DNA of 33,025 bases, from NCBI GenBank assembly GCA_038245295.1, contig JBBRSP010000046.1, positions 1 through 33,025 on the forward strand, written 5' to 3'. Position numbers and translations under genes: made by a program. Source of the DNA: Candidatus Binatia bacterium (lineage in GTDB: Bacteria > Desulfobacterota > Binatia > HRBIN30). Positions 21,135-29,856 of the stretch are shown here, piece by piece; position 1 is the first letter of the stretch; the number at the start of each line of letters is the position of its first letter. The notes below the pieces were generated by a model, which had not been told where the DNA came from, did not search any database, and saw only the letters and a list, made by a program, of their open reading frames with translations.

Positions 21135-21335
21135 ATGCGGGTGACGCTCAACGGCGAAGAGAAATCGATCCCCGATGGCCTCACGGTCGCCGGCCTGATC
21201 GAGCGCTTGGCGCTACAGAATCGACGCATCGCCGTCGAGCTCAATCAGATGATCGTCCCGAGCAGCAGTTACGCCGAGCGCCACCTCGCCGAGTCGGATG
21301 CGATCGAGATTGTCCATTTCGTCGGCGGGGGATGA
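21135..21335 (+). CDS. thiS: Sulfur carrier protein ThiS
   Basis: 66 aa, MRVTLNGE...IAVELN..IV...D.IEIVHFVGGG with C-terminal GG; upstream of thiG. Confidence 0.96.
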   Translation: MRVTLNGEEKSIPDGLTVAGLIERLALQNRRIAVELNQMIVPSSSYAERHLAESDAIEIVHFVGGG

Positions 21336-21347
21336 GGAACGCAAGAT

Positions 21348-22121
21348 ATGTCTGACCCGTTTATCCTCGCAGGGAAATCGTACACCTCACGACTGATCGT
21401 CGGCACCGGAAAATACCGCGACTTCGACGAGACGCGCCGCGCCATCGACGCCTCCGGCGCCGAGATCGTCACCGTCGCCGTGCGGCGCGTCAACATCACC
21501 GACCCGGGCAAGGAGAACCTGCTCGATGCGCTCGACATGAGCCGCATCACCATCCTGCCCAACACCGCCGGCTGTTACACCGCCGACGAGGCGATCCGTA
21601 CGGCCCGCCTGGCGCGCGCCGCCGGCGTCGGTGATCTATTGAAGCTCGAAGTCATCGGCGATCAGAAGACCCTCTTCCCCGACGTGCAGGCAACACTCGA
21701 AGCAGCCGCGGTCCTCGTCAAAGAGGGCTTCCAAGTCCTTCCCTATATAAATGATGATCCGATCGCCGCGAAGAAGCTCGAAGACCTTGGCTGCGTGGCG
21801 GTAATGCCGTTGGCCGCGCCCATCGGCTCCGGTCTCGGCATTCGCAATCCCTACAACATCAAGATCATCCTGGAGCAGAGCACCGTGCCGGTGATCGTCG
21901 ACGCCGGCGTCGGCACCGCATCGGATGCGGCGGTCGCCATGGAGCTCGGGTGCGCCGCCGTGCTGATGAACACGGCCATCGCCAGCGCCCAGGACCCGAT
22001 CGCCATGGCGCGAGCCATGCGATTGGGAGTTGAAGCCGGCCGCCTCGCATACCGCGCTGGGCGAATCCCGCGCAAGCTCTACGCTACGGCCTCCAGCCCG
22101 ATCGAAGGGTTGCTGGGGTGA
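21348..22121 (+). CDS. thiG: Thiazole synthase
   Basis: [49 protein letters not shown]. Confidence 0.99.
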   Translation: MSDPFILAGKSYTSRLIVGTGKYRDFDETRRAIDASGAEIVTVAVRRVNITDPGKENLLDALDMSRITILPNTAGCYTADEAIRTARLARAAGVGDLLKLEVIGDQKTLFPDVQATLEAAAVLVKEGFQVLPYINDDPIAAKKLEDLGCVAVMPLAAPIGSGLGIRNPYNIKIILEQSTVPVIVDAGVGTASDAAVAMELGCAAVLMNTAIASAQDPIAMARAMRLGVEAGRLAYRAGRIPRKLYATASSPIEGLLG

Positions 22122-22126
22122 CGCTC

Positions 22127-22227
22127 CACCGCAGAGGCGCAGAGGCGCTAAGGATGCGACGGAGATTGCCACCCCTGTCGCCACCATTCCCGCATCCGGG
22201 CTCGGCGGACTCGGCGACTCTGCGGTG
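22127..22227. repeat. Intergenic palindromic element with CGC(A/C)GAG-type units
   Basis: Perfect 10-bp terminal IR CACCGCAGAG (22127-22136) / CTCTGCGGTG (22218-22227); each arm has 3 related units; inner IR GGATGCG/CGCATCC. Confidence 0.7.
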
Positions 22228-22248
22228 ATCTTGTTCCCCTGATCTCCA

Positions 22249-22902
22249 ATGTGGGCTCCACGTCTCTACCTGGTCACGGATCGCACGCGCACCAAAGGTC
22301 GCGATCTCATCGAAGTGGTCGATGCCGCGCTCCGTGGTGGCGTCGATGCGGTGCAGCTGCGCGAGAAGGATCTGTCGGCGCGGGAGCTGGTTGAGCTCGG
22401 GCTGCGGCTGCGGCAAGTTTGCACTCGCCGCGGCGCCAAGCTGCTCGTCAACGATCGCGTTGATGTGGCGCTCGCGGTAGGCGCCGACGGCGTCCATCTC
22501 CCGGCGGCATCCTTCTCCCCGGCGGACGCGCGTCAACTGCTCGGCCCCAACTCGATCATCGGCGTCTCTACCCATTTTAAGGAAGAAGTCGAACACGCGG
22601 CGGCGAACGGTGTCGACTTCGCCGTCTTCGGGCCGATCTTCGACACAGAATCGAAGCGCCCTTACGGGATGCCGCATGGCATCGAGAACCTACATGACGT
22701 CTGCACGTCCGCTCGAGTTCCGGTGGTTGCCATTGGTGGGATCATGCTCGACAACATCGCGGCGGTCGCGAAAGCTGGCACCTCCGGTGTAGCGGTGATC
22801 GGCGCCATCCTCGAAGCGCCCGAGCCGGCTCAGGCAAGCCGCGAGTTGAGGAGGCTTTGCAATCGCTCCCACGCGTGGCGCCAGGTGATCATCGACGGCT
22901 GA
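22249..22902 (+). CDS. thiE: Thiamine-phosphate synthase
   Basis: LYLVTD, VQLREK, VNDRVDVA..ADGVHL, IGVSTH, GPIFDTESK, PVVAIGGI. Confidence 0.96.
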   Translation: MWAPRLYLVTDRTRTKGRDLIEVVDAALRGGVDAVQLREKDLSARELVELGLRLRQVCTRRGAKLLVNDRVDVALAVGADGVHLPAASFSPADARQLLGPNSIIGVSTHFKEEVEHAAANGVDFAVFGPIFDTESKRPYGMPHGIENLHDVCTSARVPVVAIGGIMLDNIAAVAKAGTSGVAVIGAILEAPEPAQASRELRRLCNRSHAWRQVIIDG

Positions 22903-22914
22903 GGCTGTGCCCTC

Positions 22915-22970
22915 TGCGCAGGGAACCGGAGCAGGGAACTCGCAGGGAACCCACCGGTTCCCTCGGCGCA
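22915..22970. repeat. Short repeated/palindromic element after thiE
   Basis: GCAGGGAAC three times (22918, 22931, 22942); IR AGGGAACCGG (22920-22929) / CCGGTTCCCT (22954-22963). Confidence 0.6.
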
Positions 22971-22993
22971 CCACAGTAGCGAGATCGGCTCTA

Positions 22994-23321
22994 GTCCGAG
23001 CCCGACCAACGTTGGTTTATCAACAGCCGAAGGTCAGGATCCGGCGAAGCCACTTACGTCGGATAAATTAGAAATTCGCCCCGGCGATACCCGCCGTATG
23101 AAGCACCAGGAAGCCCCAGGATCGCGTCCCAGGGGTCGGGATGACCTTCTCTAAGTGGTGTCCAGGCAAATTCCGAGTGGATGTCCTGCGAATGCCCGCC
23201 GCTCCTTAGAGATGCATTTTGGCGGTCAGAAACCTGCGTCTAAGCTTCAAAATGAACCCGAAATGAAATGCTTCGTCTGCGAAGTCAATCGCTTCGGTTG
23301 GTCCGACCCCGACCAACGTTG
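22994..23321. repeat. 21-bp direct repeat pair 307 bp apart
   Basis: GTCCGAGCCCGACCAACGTTG (22994-23014) and GTCCGACCCCGACCAACGTTG (23301-23321), 20/21 identical, each ending in the palindrome CAACGTTG. Confidence 0.7.
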
Positions 23322-23467
23322 CTGCCGGCAGCTTCCGCACTGCCGATGAAGTTGGTGGTCAGGCAGGCGTGCCAGGAGAAGACTTCGGCGACCGCCAGCA
23401 TGGGCACGATCACGTGCCAACTTTTCGGAGTGACGCGGGGGGATTTTCGTCCTAAGGTGACCGGATC

Positions 23468-24496
23468 GTGACCACGCTGGAGAAATACCCCCTTCGTTTT
23501 TCCACCCGCGAAGCCCTCGGAGCGCTTCCCTGGTTCGATGTCGACCATGGCGATCTGCGCCTCGTCGACGAAAGCGTCGGTCCGATCATCGACGTCCACA
23601 CGCACTACTCGCTGCCGGCGGTACGTTCAGCGGTCGATCTGCACGTGGCAACGCCCGACTCCAACCTGTTGCTCGGGCGCTGCTGCACCCACCACCTCGA
23701 CGTCTACGCCAACCAGAACTTCACCCCGGTTGAACTGCAAGCACTCAAACGCGAGCTCGTTCTCGGCGGAATCTTGGGACGTGGAAAGCGCCTCGACCAC
23801 ACGGTCGTCAACATGGCCCGCGACATGCAAAGCATGGGAATCACCCACCAGGTCGTCCTCGGCATCGATATGCCCGTGCCCACCCGTCACGTTGCCATTA
23901 CCTTGAACACCGCAAAGGAACGCGCCGACGCGACGGCCTTCGGATCGATCTACCCACGCCGTCGCAATCGACGGCAGCACTTCGAAGAGCAGCTTCACCT
24001 GGGTTCGCTGGGCGTCAAGATTCACCCGCCCAACATGCTCCTTCCCGCTGACGATCCGCGCGCCATGGAGATCTACCGATGGTGCGGCGAGGCCAACATC
24101 CCCGTCTTCTGGCACTGCGGGCCCGCCGGCATCGAGCCCAGGCGCGGACAGGAATGCGGGCAGGTCCGCCACTACGAGCGGCCGCTGGCTGAGTACCCGA
24201 AGACCACGTTCATTCTCGGACACTCGGGGGCGACGCAGCACCGGGAAGCCATCGATCTCGCCCGACGCTACGCAAACGCCTACCTCGACATTTCCTGCAT
24301 TTCCCTCGAACAGCTCCGCGACGTCATCGCCGGCGTCGACCACGACCGCCTGCTGTTCGGCTCGGACTGGCCCTTTTACCACCCGATCCTGCCGCTGGCG
24401 AAGGTCCTGATCGCCACCGAGGGACATCCCGCGCTGCGACGGAAGATCCTGCACGACAACGCGGCGCGCCTGCTCGAGCGGATCGGACCGAGCTAG
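23468..24496 (+). CDS. Amidohydrolase family protein (amidohydro_2 type TIM-barrel metallohydrolase)
   Basis: IIDVHTH, GVKIHP, PVFWHCG, FILGHSG, YLDIS, LLFGSDWP, KIL.DNA.RLL; GTG start with AAGGTG upstream. Confidence 0.9.
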   Translation: MTTLEKYPLRFSTREALGALPWFDVDHGDLRLVDESVGPIIDVHTHYSLPAVRSAVDLHVATPDSNLLLGRCCTHHLDVYANQNFTPVELQALKRELVLGGILGRGKRLDHTVVNMARDMQSMGITHQVVLGIDMPVPTRHVAITLNTAKERADATAFGSIYPRRRNRRQHFEEQLHLGSLGVKIHPPNMLLPADDPRAMEIYRWCGEANIPVFWHCGPAGIEPRRGQECGQVRHYERPLAEYPKTTFILGHSGATQHREAIDLARRYANAYLDISCISLEQLRDVIAGVDHDRLLFGSDWPFYHPILPLAKVLIATEGHPALRRKILHDNAARLLERIGPS

Positions 24497-24580
24497 CCCC
24501 AATGCCAGTCAGTTAAGCGGATTCGGCAAGGGCGACGGATACTTGTAGCGAACTTTCGAAGCACGATTTGCGTTAATTCG

Positions 24581-24879
24581 GGGACGTTGTGACAACTTCC
24601 TCAAGTCTCAACTGAAAGCGATTCGGACGGATGGAAGGGGCGGAGGGCTCACTGAGGTTGGCGGATTAAGTTGAGACGGGAGATGCAGTCCGCGGCGATC
24701 CGATCGAGGTCGATGGCGAAACGCGACGCCTTCGTCGGGGCTTGGCTCACGCCGCGCGGCACAGTTGGCAGGGAAAGACAGCCACAGGCAATGACTGCGG
24801 TGCATCGATGCCAGAACTCCCGGACCGGGGGTTCTGAAATGGATTGGTCGGAGAGTTGAGAAAGTCCTTACAACGTCCC
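24581..24879. mobile_element. MITE-like element, ~299 bp, with 29-bp imperfect terminal inverted repeats
   Basis: Left end GGGACGTTGTGACAACTTCCTCAAGTCTC (24581-24609) vs reverse complement of right end GGGACGTTGTAAGGACTTTCTCAACTCTC (24851-24879): 24/29 identical, outer 10 perfect. No transposase inside. Confidence 0.6.
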
Positions 24880-24933
24880 GTCGAAGGGCCCGATGCATCA
24901 ACTGCGCGGTTCGCTCAACGGGGCGATCGCGCC

Positions 24934-27048
24934 TCACGGACGCCAACTCTGGTTCACGTCGCCAAACAGCACGGCGACAAAGTCCTGGGCGGTCTGCTGA
25001 CCGGAGAGGGGTTCGTACATGATCCTACCCGGCTGGCAGTCCGCACTGCTGACGATCGGCTGCACCGGCCGGTGCGCCGGTGTCTGCAGGACTTTCGGAA
25101 CAAAGATCCATTTGGAGCCGCAGACATCGGCGACAGGGAGATTGGGGATGAGCCCAACACGGTATTGCAGCAGGAGCGCCGCATCGAGGGAGGTAAGCGT
25201 TCCGCTTCCATTCACGTCACCCGCCAACTGTTGTTCGGCAGTGCCCTGATCGAGATTCACCACGATGCGCAGGATGGCACTCGCGTCTATGGCAGAGATC
25301 GATCCATTCTCGCCAGCCGTATTCGATGCCGATAGCTGCCAAGTGCTGGTCGACAGTGCCGAGAAGGCAAACTGACCATCGAGGCCGGTGATGGCGCTGG
25401 ACGAACACGGGCCGTCGAGAGTCATGGTGACATCCGGCACGAGCACTCCGCTACCTTGGTAGCGCACCTGCCCGACCAAATCGCCGGCCAGTGTCGGCAC
25501 AGGCGTCAGTGTCGGGGTCACGGTTCGCGTCAGCGTCGGCGTGCGGGTTCCGCCGGTCGCCGTAAGAGTCGGCGTCCCAGTCACAGTTGATGAATTGGTC
25601 GGCAACGCCGTCGCCGTGGTCGTCGGCGTGTCGGTCGGCGTCCAGCTGACGATCGGGGTCAGAGTAACCGTGCCCGTTACGGTTCGGGTTGCTGTTACGG
25701 TGCGCGTCGCGGTTGCCGTGCGCGTCGCCGTCGACGTTCGTGTCACCGACGCCGTGCAGGTCGGGGTGAGGGTCGGGCCGCTGGTCGCGGTGTCGCTGGG
25801 CGTCACCGTCGCCGTCTGCGTGGACGTCGATGTCGACGTTGGAGAGGGAGTCGACGTGCCGCTCGGGGTGCTCGAGGGCGTGCCGGTTGGGGAGCGTGAT
25901 GGTGTCTGCGTCGGGGTGGACGTCGGCGTCGCTGTAAAAGTCTGCGTCGGCGTGTTCGTTGACGTCGACGTTGGTGTCCGTGTGGGTGTGAGCGTCGGCG
26001 TCTGGGTGATGGTCGGCGTCTGAGTAGGCGTGCGCGTTGGTGTGAGCGTTACGCTGGGTGTGTTGGTGATCGTGGGGGTTTGGGTCGGGGTCTGCGTCGA
26101 CGTGGGAGTTTCGGTCGGTGTCCGCGTCGTTGTCTGGGTAACGGTCGGGGTCTGCGTCGGAGTGCCCGTTGGCGTCGATGTCGGCGTCGATGTCGGCGTC
26201 TGCGTCGGCGTCCTGGTCGGCGTCGACGTGGGCGTCTCTGTCGGCGTGCTACTCGGCGTATCCGTAGGCGTGCGCGTTGGTGTCGCCGTCGCGGTGTTGG
26301 TTGCGGTTCCCGTGACGGAAGCGCTATTGGTCGGCGTCGACGACACCGTGGGCGTACTCGTCGGCGTGCTCGTGGCCACCGCCGGCGTATTTGTCGGTCC
26401 GCTGACGTTGATCGAACCGTTCGCTCCCGTGGTACCGGCGAACAACATACCGTTGATATCAAAGGCCTTAGGAGCGGGATTCAGCAACGGGTATGTCCCA
26501 CCGGCTGTCGTCGCAAGAATCAGGAAGTTGCAGGTCATCAGCGTCCCGTCGCCGGTGAGCTGCGTCGGTGTGGAAAAATTGAGCAGGCCGACGCGGGCGA
26601 CGTTGCATGGCGCGATGCCGGGGCCGGTGCAACTGGCGTCCGTGGTGCAACTCTGTTGGCCATTGCTGCACACCTTACCGGCTGAAAGGAAAAGCGGGGC
26701 CGGCGCGATCGCTGTGTTGAGCGTGCAGTCCGTCGCTGGGCTGATGCTGAATCGCGTGTTGTCGAACTGGATGTCGTTCTGCGTAGTGTAAATCGCATTG
26801 CCGTTGAGTACGACGGTCAATGGCACAGCGGCGCTGCCGCCTGCCATGCCGGTGGCGGAGCCGATGCTCACGACAGGCGGCGGCGGAGTAGCGGTCGGGG
26901 TCTTGGTTGGAGTCCGCGTCGCTGTGGACGTTGGTGTCGCTGTCAGCGCCAAGGCTGCCGGTGCGCCACCCATGAGGGCTGCCACGGCAAGACTGAGCGC
27001 AAGCGACCAAGCCACGGCCAGTCTAAGACTGCCGTGGCCCGATCGCAT
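24934..27048 (-). CDS. Secreted protein A: signal peptide, cohesin-like domain, Thr/Pro linker, carboxypeptidase-regulatory-like beta domain, dockerin-like module
   Basis: Signal peptide ending ALA. Cohesin-like domain ~26404-26874 ([29 protein letters not shown]...GTYPL, NGSINV). Dockerin-like ~25140-25314 ([17 protein letters not shown]...[23 protein letters not shown]), plus terminal FGDVNQSW. Confidence 0.8.
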   Translation of the reverse strand: MRSGHGSLRLAVAWSLALSLAVAALMGGAPAALALTATPTSTATRTPTKTPTATPPPPVVSIGSATGMAGGSAAVPLTVVLNGNAIYTTQNDIQFDNTRFSISPATDCTLNTAIAPAPLFLSAGKVCSNGQQSCTTDASCTGPGIAPCNVARVGLLNFSTPTQLTGDGTLMTCNFLILATTAGGTYPLLNPAPKAFDINGMLFAGTTGANGSINVSGPTNTPAVATSTPTSTPTVSSTPTNSASVTGTATNTATATPTRTPTDTPSSTPTETPTSTPTRTPTQTPTSTPTSTPTGTPTQTPTVTQTTTRTPTETPTSTQTPTQTPTITNTPSVTLTPTRTPTQTPTITQTPTLTPTRTPTSTSTNTPTQTFTATPTSTPTQTPSRSPTGTPSSTPSGTSTPSPTSTSTSTQTATVTPSDTATSGPTLTPTCTASVTRTSTATRTATATRTVTATRTVTGTVTLTPIVSWTPTDTPTTTATALPTNSSTVTGTPTLTATGGTRTPTLTRTVTPTLTPVPTLAGDLVGQVRYQGSGVLVPDVTMTLDGPCSSSAITGLDGQFAFSALSTSTWQLSASNTAGENGSISAIDASAILRIVVNLDQGTAEQQLAGDVNGSGTLTSLDAALLLQYRVGLIPNLPVADVCGSKWIFVPKVLQTPAHRPVQPIVSSADCQPGRIMYEPLSGQQTAQDFVAVLFGDVNQSWRP
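25492..26400 (-). repeat. Thr/Pro-rich (TPTx)n coding low-complexity linker, ~300 aa
   Basis: 12-bp-period degenerate repeats encoding [12 protein letters not shown] in gene A. Confidence 0.95.
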
Positions 27049-27138
27049 TCCTACTGATGCCCCAATAAGATAGATAAGCGTGATCCTACTCCCTCAACAG
27101 CCTCGGTTTGGCAGTGCTCCGCGCTCGTCTCCGTGTTG

Positions 27139-29133
27139 TCACGGATCATTGCAAACGAGACGCGTGAGCCCCTTCTGCCGACAGCCGATCCAAGGGGGAC
27201 CTGAAACGGCCACCGGAATATCGTCGCTGCGATCTGGTGGGCCCTGGTGCAAGACAACAGTGACTGGCCCGGCCGGCAGCACGAAGCCAGTTTCCCCGTC
27301 GCCAATCTGACGCCGGGAAATAGCCACCCTGTAAAGCTTCGGACTCGGTCGGACCCTGAAGGTGGCTCGGGTGTGGGTGAGCTTGTCATAACACCGCAGC
27401 GACCCGAGCCTACCGAATGTCTTGCATCCCGTGAGCGCGATCGTCGCGTGGAATTGGTTACTATCGGTTACGTCAAGAGTAATCGTCTGCGTCAGCAGCT
27501 GCATCGGCAGGGTTCCACCCGTGTCGTTGTCATTCAACGCCGCGCGCCGGATGATGACATAGCCGTTATCCCGGGGAACGGATTTGTCGATCTTCAGAGT
27601 CACCTTGTTCAACAGCCAGAGCAACGATGGTGTGCTGGTCGTGGTGGCTGTGACGGTGGGCGTAACTGTGCGTGTCGGCGTCGCCGTCCGGGTCGGCGTG
27701 TTGGTAGCCGTCGGGGTCGATGTAGATGTAGCGCTCGGGGTCGGCGTCGCCGTTCGGGTCGGCGTGTTCGTGGATGTCGGCGTCGACGTTGGCGTCACGG
27801 TCGGGGTCCGGGTCGGGGTTGATGTCGGCGTATCCGTCGCGGTCGGCGTCGCGGTGCGCGTCGGTGTCTGCGTCGGCGTCGACGTTGGGGTATTCGTGTG
27901 CGTCGAGGTTGGCGTCACAGTAGGCGTCTGAGTCGGCGTCGATGTCGGCGTCTGTGTCGACGTAGGCGTCTGGGTCGGCGTCTGCGTCGGCGTTCTTGTC
28001 GGTGTCGAGGTTGGTGTCTCTGTTGGTGTCTGCGTCGGCGTAGAGGTTGGCGTCTGGGTCGGCGTCTGCGTCGGGGTTCTTGTCGGCGTCGACGTTGGCG
28101 TCTCTGTCGGCGTCTGCGTCGGCGTAGAGGTTGGCGTCTGGGTCGGCGTCTGCGTCGGGGTTCTTGTCGGCGTCGATGTTGGCGTCTCTGTCGGCGTCTG
28201 CGTCGGCGTGCGGGTGATTGTCGGCGTCTGCGTCGGGGTCTGCGTTGGGGTCGACGTCGGGGTCTGGGTCGGGGTCTGCGTTGGTGTGTTGGTCGGTGTC
28301 GAGCTAGGAGTTCGCGTCGGGGTTTCCGTCGGGGTCTGCGTTGGCGTCGACGTCGGGGTCTGGGTTGGGGTATGGGTCGGTGTGCTGCTTGGTGTCGACG
28401 TGGGGGTTTGCGTTGGGGTCCGCGTCGGCGTGCTGGTGGGTAAGATCACCACGATGGAGCCGTTGGCTCCCGTGGTGCCGGCAAACAGGGCGCCGTTGAT
28501 ATCGAAGGCTTTCGGCACCGCATTCAGCAACGGGTACGTTCCAGCTGTCGTCGTCGGCAGAATGAGAAAGTTACAGGTCATCAGGGTCCCGTCGCTGGTG
28601 AGCTGCGTCGGCGTGGACAAGTTGATGAGGCCGACGCGGGCGATGTTGCATGGCGGGACGCCGGGGCCGGTACAGCCGGCATCGGTCGTACAGGTTTGCT
28701 GACCGTTGCTGCACACCTTGCCGGCCGAAAGCTGCAGCGGTGCGGGCGCAATCGTTGCGTTGAGTGTGCAGTCCGTCGCTGGAGTAATGCTGAAGCGCGT
28801 GTTGTCGAACTGGATGTCGTTCTGTGTCGTGTATATCGCATTGCCGTTGAGCGTTACCGTAACCGGCACAGCCGCGATGCCGCCCGGTCCGTTCGAATCG
28901 GATCCGACATTCAGGATGGGCGGCGTCGGTGTGTGTGTCGGCGTTGCGGTGACCGTTGGTGTCTGAGTCGTGGTCCGCGTTTGAGTCGGGGTACCCGCAG
29001 CAAAGACCGGCGGCGCGGCGGCAGCAGCGAGGATCAGCACGGCAGCAGCAGCGCTCAAACGCACCGGGAGCCAACGTCGAACCGTGCCATACGGCGATCG
29101 CCTTGTGATTGTTCTTGTGGCGCTGCGTGTCAT
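27139..29133 (-). CDS. Secreted protein B: signal peptide, cohesin-like domain, Thr/Pro linker, uncharacterised basic C-terminal domain
   Basis: GGAG SD 7 nt before ATG 29133; hydrophobic stretch ending VFA; cohesin-like domain 28447-28917, ~80% identical to that of protein A (126/157 by hand count); C-terminal ~160 aa domain with two Cys pairs. Confidence 0.8.
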   Translation of the reverse strand: MTRSATRTITRRSPYGTVRRWLPVRLSAAAAVLILAAAAAPPVFAAGTPTQTRTTTQTPTVTATPTHTPTPPILNVGSDSNGPGGIAAVPVTVTLNGNAIYTTQNDIQFDNTRFSITPATDCTLNATIAPAPLQLSAGKVCSNGQQTCTTDAGCTGPGVPPCNIARVGLINLSTPTQLTSDGTLMTCNFLILPTTTAGTYPLLNAVPKAFDINGALFAGTTGANGSIVVILPTSTPTRTPTQTPTSTPSSTPTHTPTQTPTSTPTQTPTETPTRTPSSTPTNTPTQTPTQTPTSTPTQTPTQTPTITRTPTQTPTETPTSTPTRTPTQTPTQTPTSTPTQTPTETPTSTPTRTPTQTPTQTPTSTPTQTPTETPTSTPTRTPTQTPTQTPTSTQTPTSTPTQTPTVTPTSTHTNTPTSTPTQTPTRTATPTATDTPTSTPTRTPTVTPTSTPTSTNTPTRTATPTPSATSTSTPTATNTPTRTATPTRTVTPTVTATTTSTPSLLWLLNKVTLKIDKSVPRDNGYVIIRRAALNDNDTGGTLPMQLLTQTITLDVTDSNQFHATIALTGCKTFGRLGSLRCYDKLTHTRATFRVRPSPKLYRVAISRRQIGDGETGFVLPAGPVTVVLHQGPPDRSDDIPVAVSGPPWIGCRQKGLTRLVCNDP
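27631..28440 (-). repeat. Thr/Pro-rich (TPTx)n coding linker, ~270 aa, containing three 84-bp tandem copies (27957-28208)
   Basis: Copies starting at 28041 and 28125 differ at one base; the copy at 27957 is more diverged. Confidence 0.95.
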
Positions 29134-29332
29134 CTGCAACTCCATTTCCTTTGTTCGGCTGCGCCCCTGCGTCCGCGATCGCTTCACTGGCAATCTACGC
29201 GCAACGCTTTCGCAGCTCCCTTATGCTTCAAACTCTCTCGCCTCGCCCCGGGTTTGAGAACCGTCGCGCAGAGTCCCGGGCCACCAGCGGCCCGAGACCC
29301 CCACGGCAGACTCCGCGCCCGTCGGCATTCAC

Positions 29333-29812
29333 TTATCCACCGACCTTGACGGCACCGCTCTTGCGGCTCAGTCGGAAATCGTGTCCGGCGGCGTCGGACG
29401 CCGACGGGAGGTTGCGCAAGGCATAACGTCGTGGCCGCGCCGTCGCGGATACGTCGAACGTAACCGTCGCCACTTCGCCGTCCGGGATCGGGTTCTGGTT
29501 GAGCCCGAAGAGAATCACGCGCAGCACACCCGGGCTGGCTTCAGCGCATTGGACCATCTTGTCCGCGCTCCCGCTGGTGAGAGCCGCACCCGCGGCACAG
29601 CGCGGATTCGACAACGCCGCGGGATCGAAGTTGATGTCGGTCATCAGGGCCGTTGCCGCCGTTCCGCCACCTTGTTGGTAGCTGACCGGGACGCTCACGG
29701 ATTGACCCGCCTGGGCGGCAACGTGTGCGACCTCCAGTTCACCGGCCCAGACCTTCCCTGCACCGAGCATGACCAGCATGCCACTCAGTCCCCAAATCGC
29801 TCGTCGCGTCAT
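29333..29812 (-). CDS. Secreted protein C: stand-alone cohesin-domain protein
   Basis: AGAAGGAGA SD before ATG 29812; signal peptide ending VWA; cohesin pattern AGQSVSVPVS, DINFDP, GVLRVILFG, IPDGEVATVTFDVSATA, SGAVKV. Confidence 0.82.
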   Translation of the reverse strand: MTRRAIWGLSGMLVMLGAGKVWAGELEVAHVAAQAGQSVSVPVSYQQGGGTAATALMTDINFDPAALSNPRCAAGAALTSGSADKMVQCAEASPGVLRVILFGLNQNPIPDGEVATVTFDVSATARPRRYALRNLPSASDAAGHDFRLSRKSGAVKVGG

Positions 29813-29856
29813 CGTCAGTCTCCTTCTTGCGCGCTGGAGGCAGATGTGTCGGTTCG

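Noticed and set aside
20031..21335. 434-aa ORF ending in ThiS (apparent fusion)
   Set aside because: The N-terminal part is antisense to alr; the real ThiS starts at ATG 21135.
23148..23212. Integron attC-like hairpin (CTCTAAG...CTTAGAG)
   Set aside because: Lacks the invariant AAC/GTT core; no integrase or cassette array.
23132..23310. 6S RNA
   Set aside because: The size fits, but the pairing is multibranched rather than a rod with a central bubble.
24500..24933. tmRNA-like TTCGACGGG on the minus strand near 24880
   Set aside because: No GGGG acceptor-stem 5' end and no T-arm/CCA 3' end; the motif adjoins the inverted-repeat end of the MITE-like element.
25492..28440. CRISPR array or Val/Gly- and Arg-rich plus-strand ORFs
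   Set aside because: The repeats are in-frame 12-bp-period TPTx codons with no unique spacers; the plus-strand ORFs are antisense shadows.
29792..29812. Tat signal in protein C (MTRRAIW)
   Set aside because: Only a partial match to S/T-R-R-x-F-L-K; cannot be distinguished from a Sec n-region by eye.
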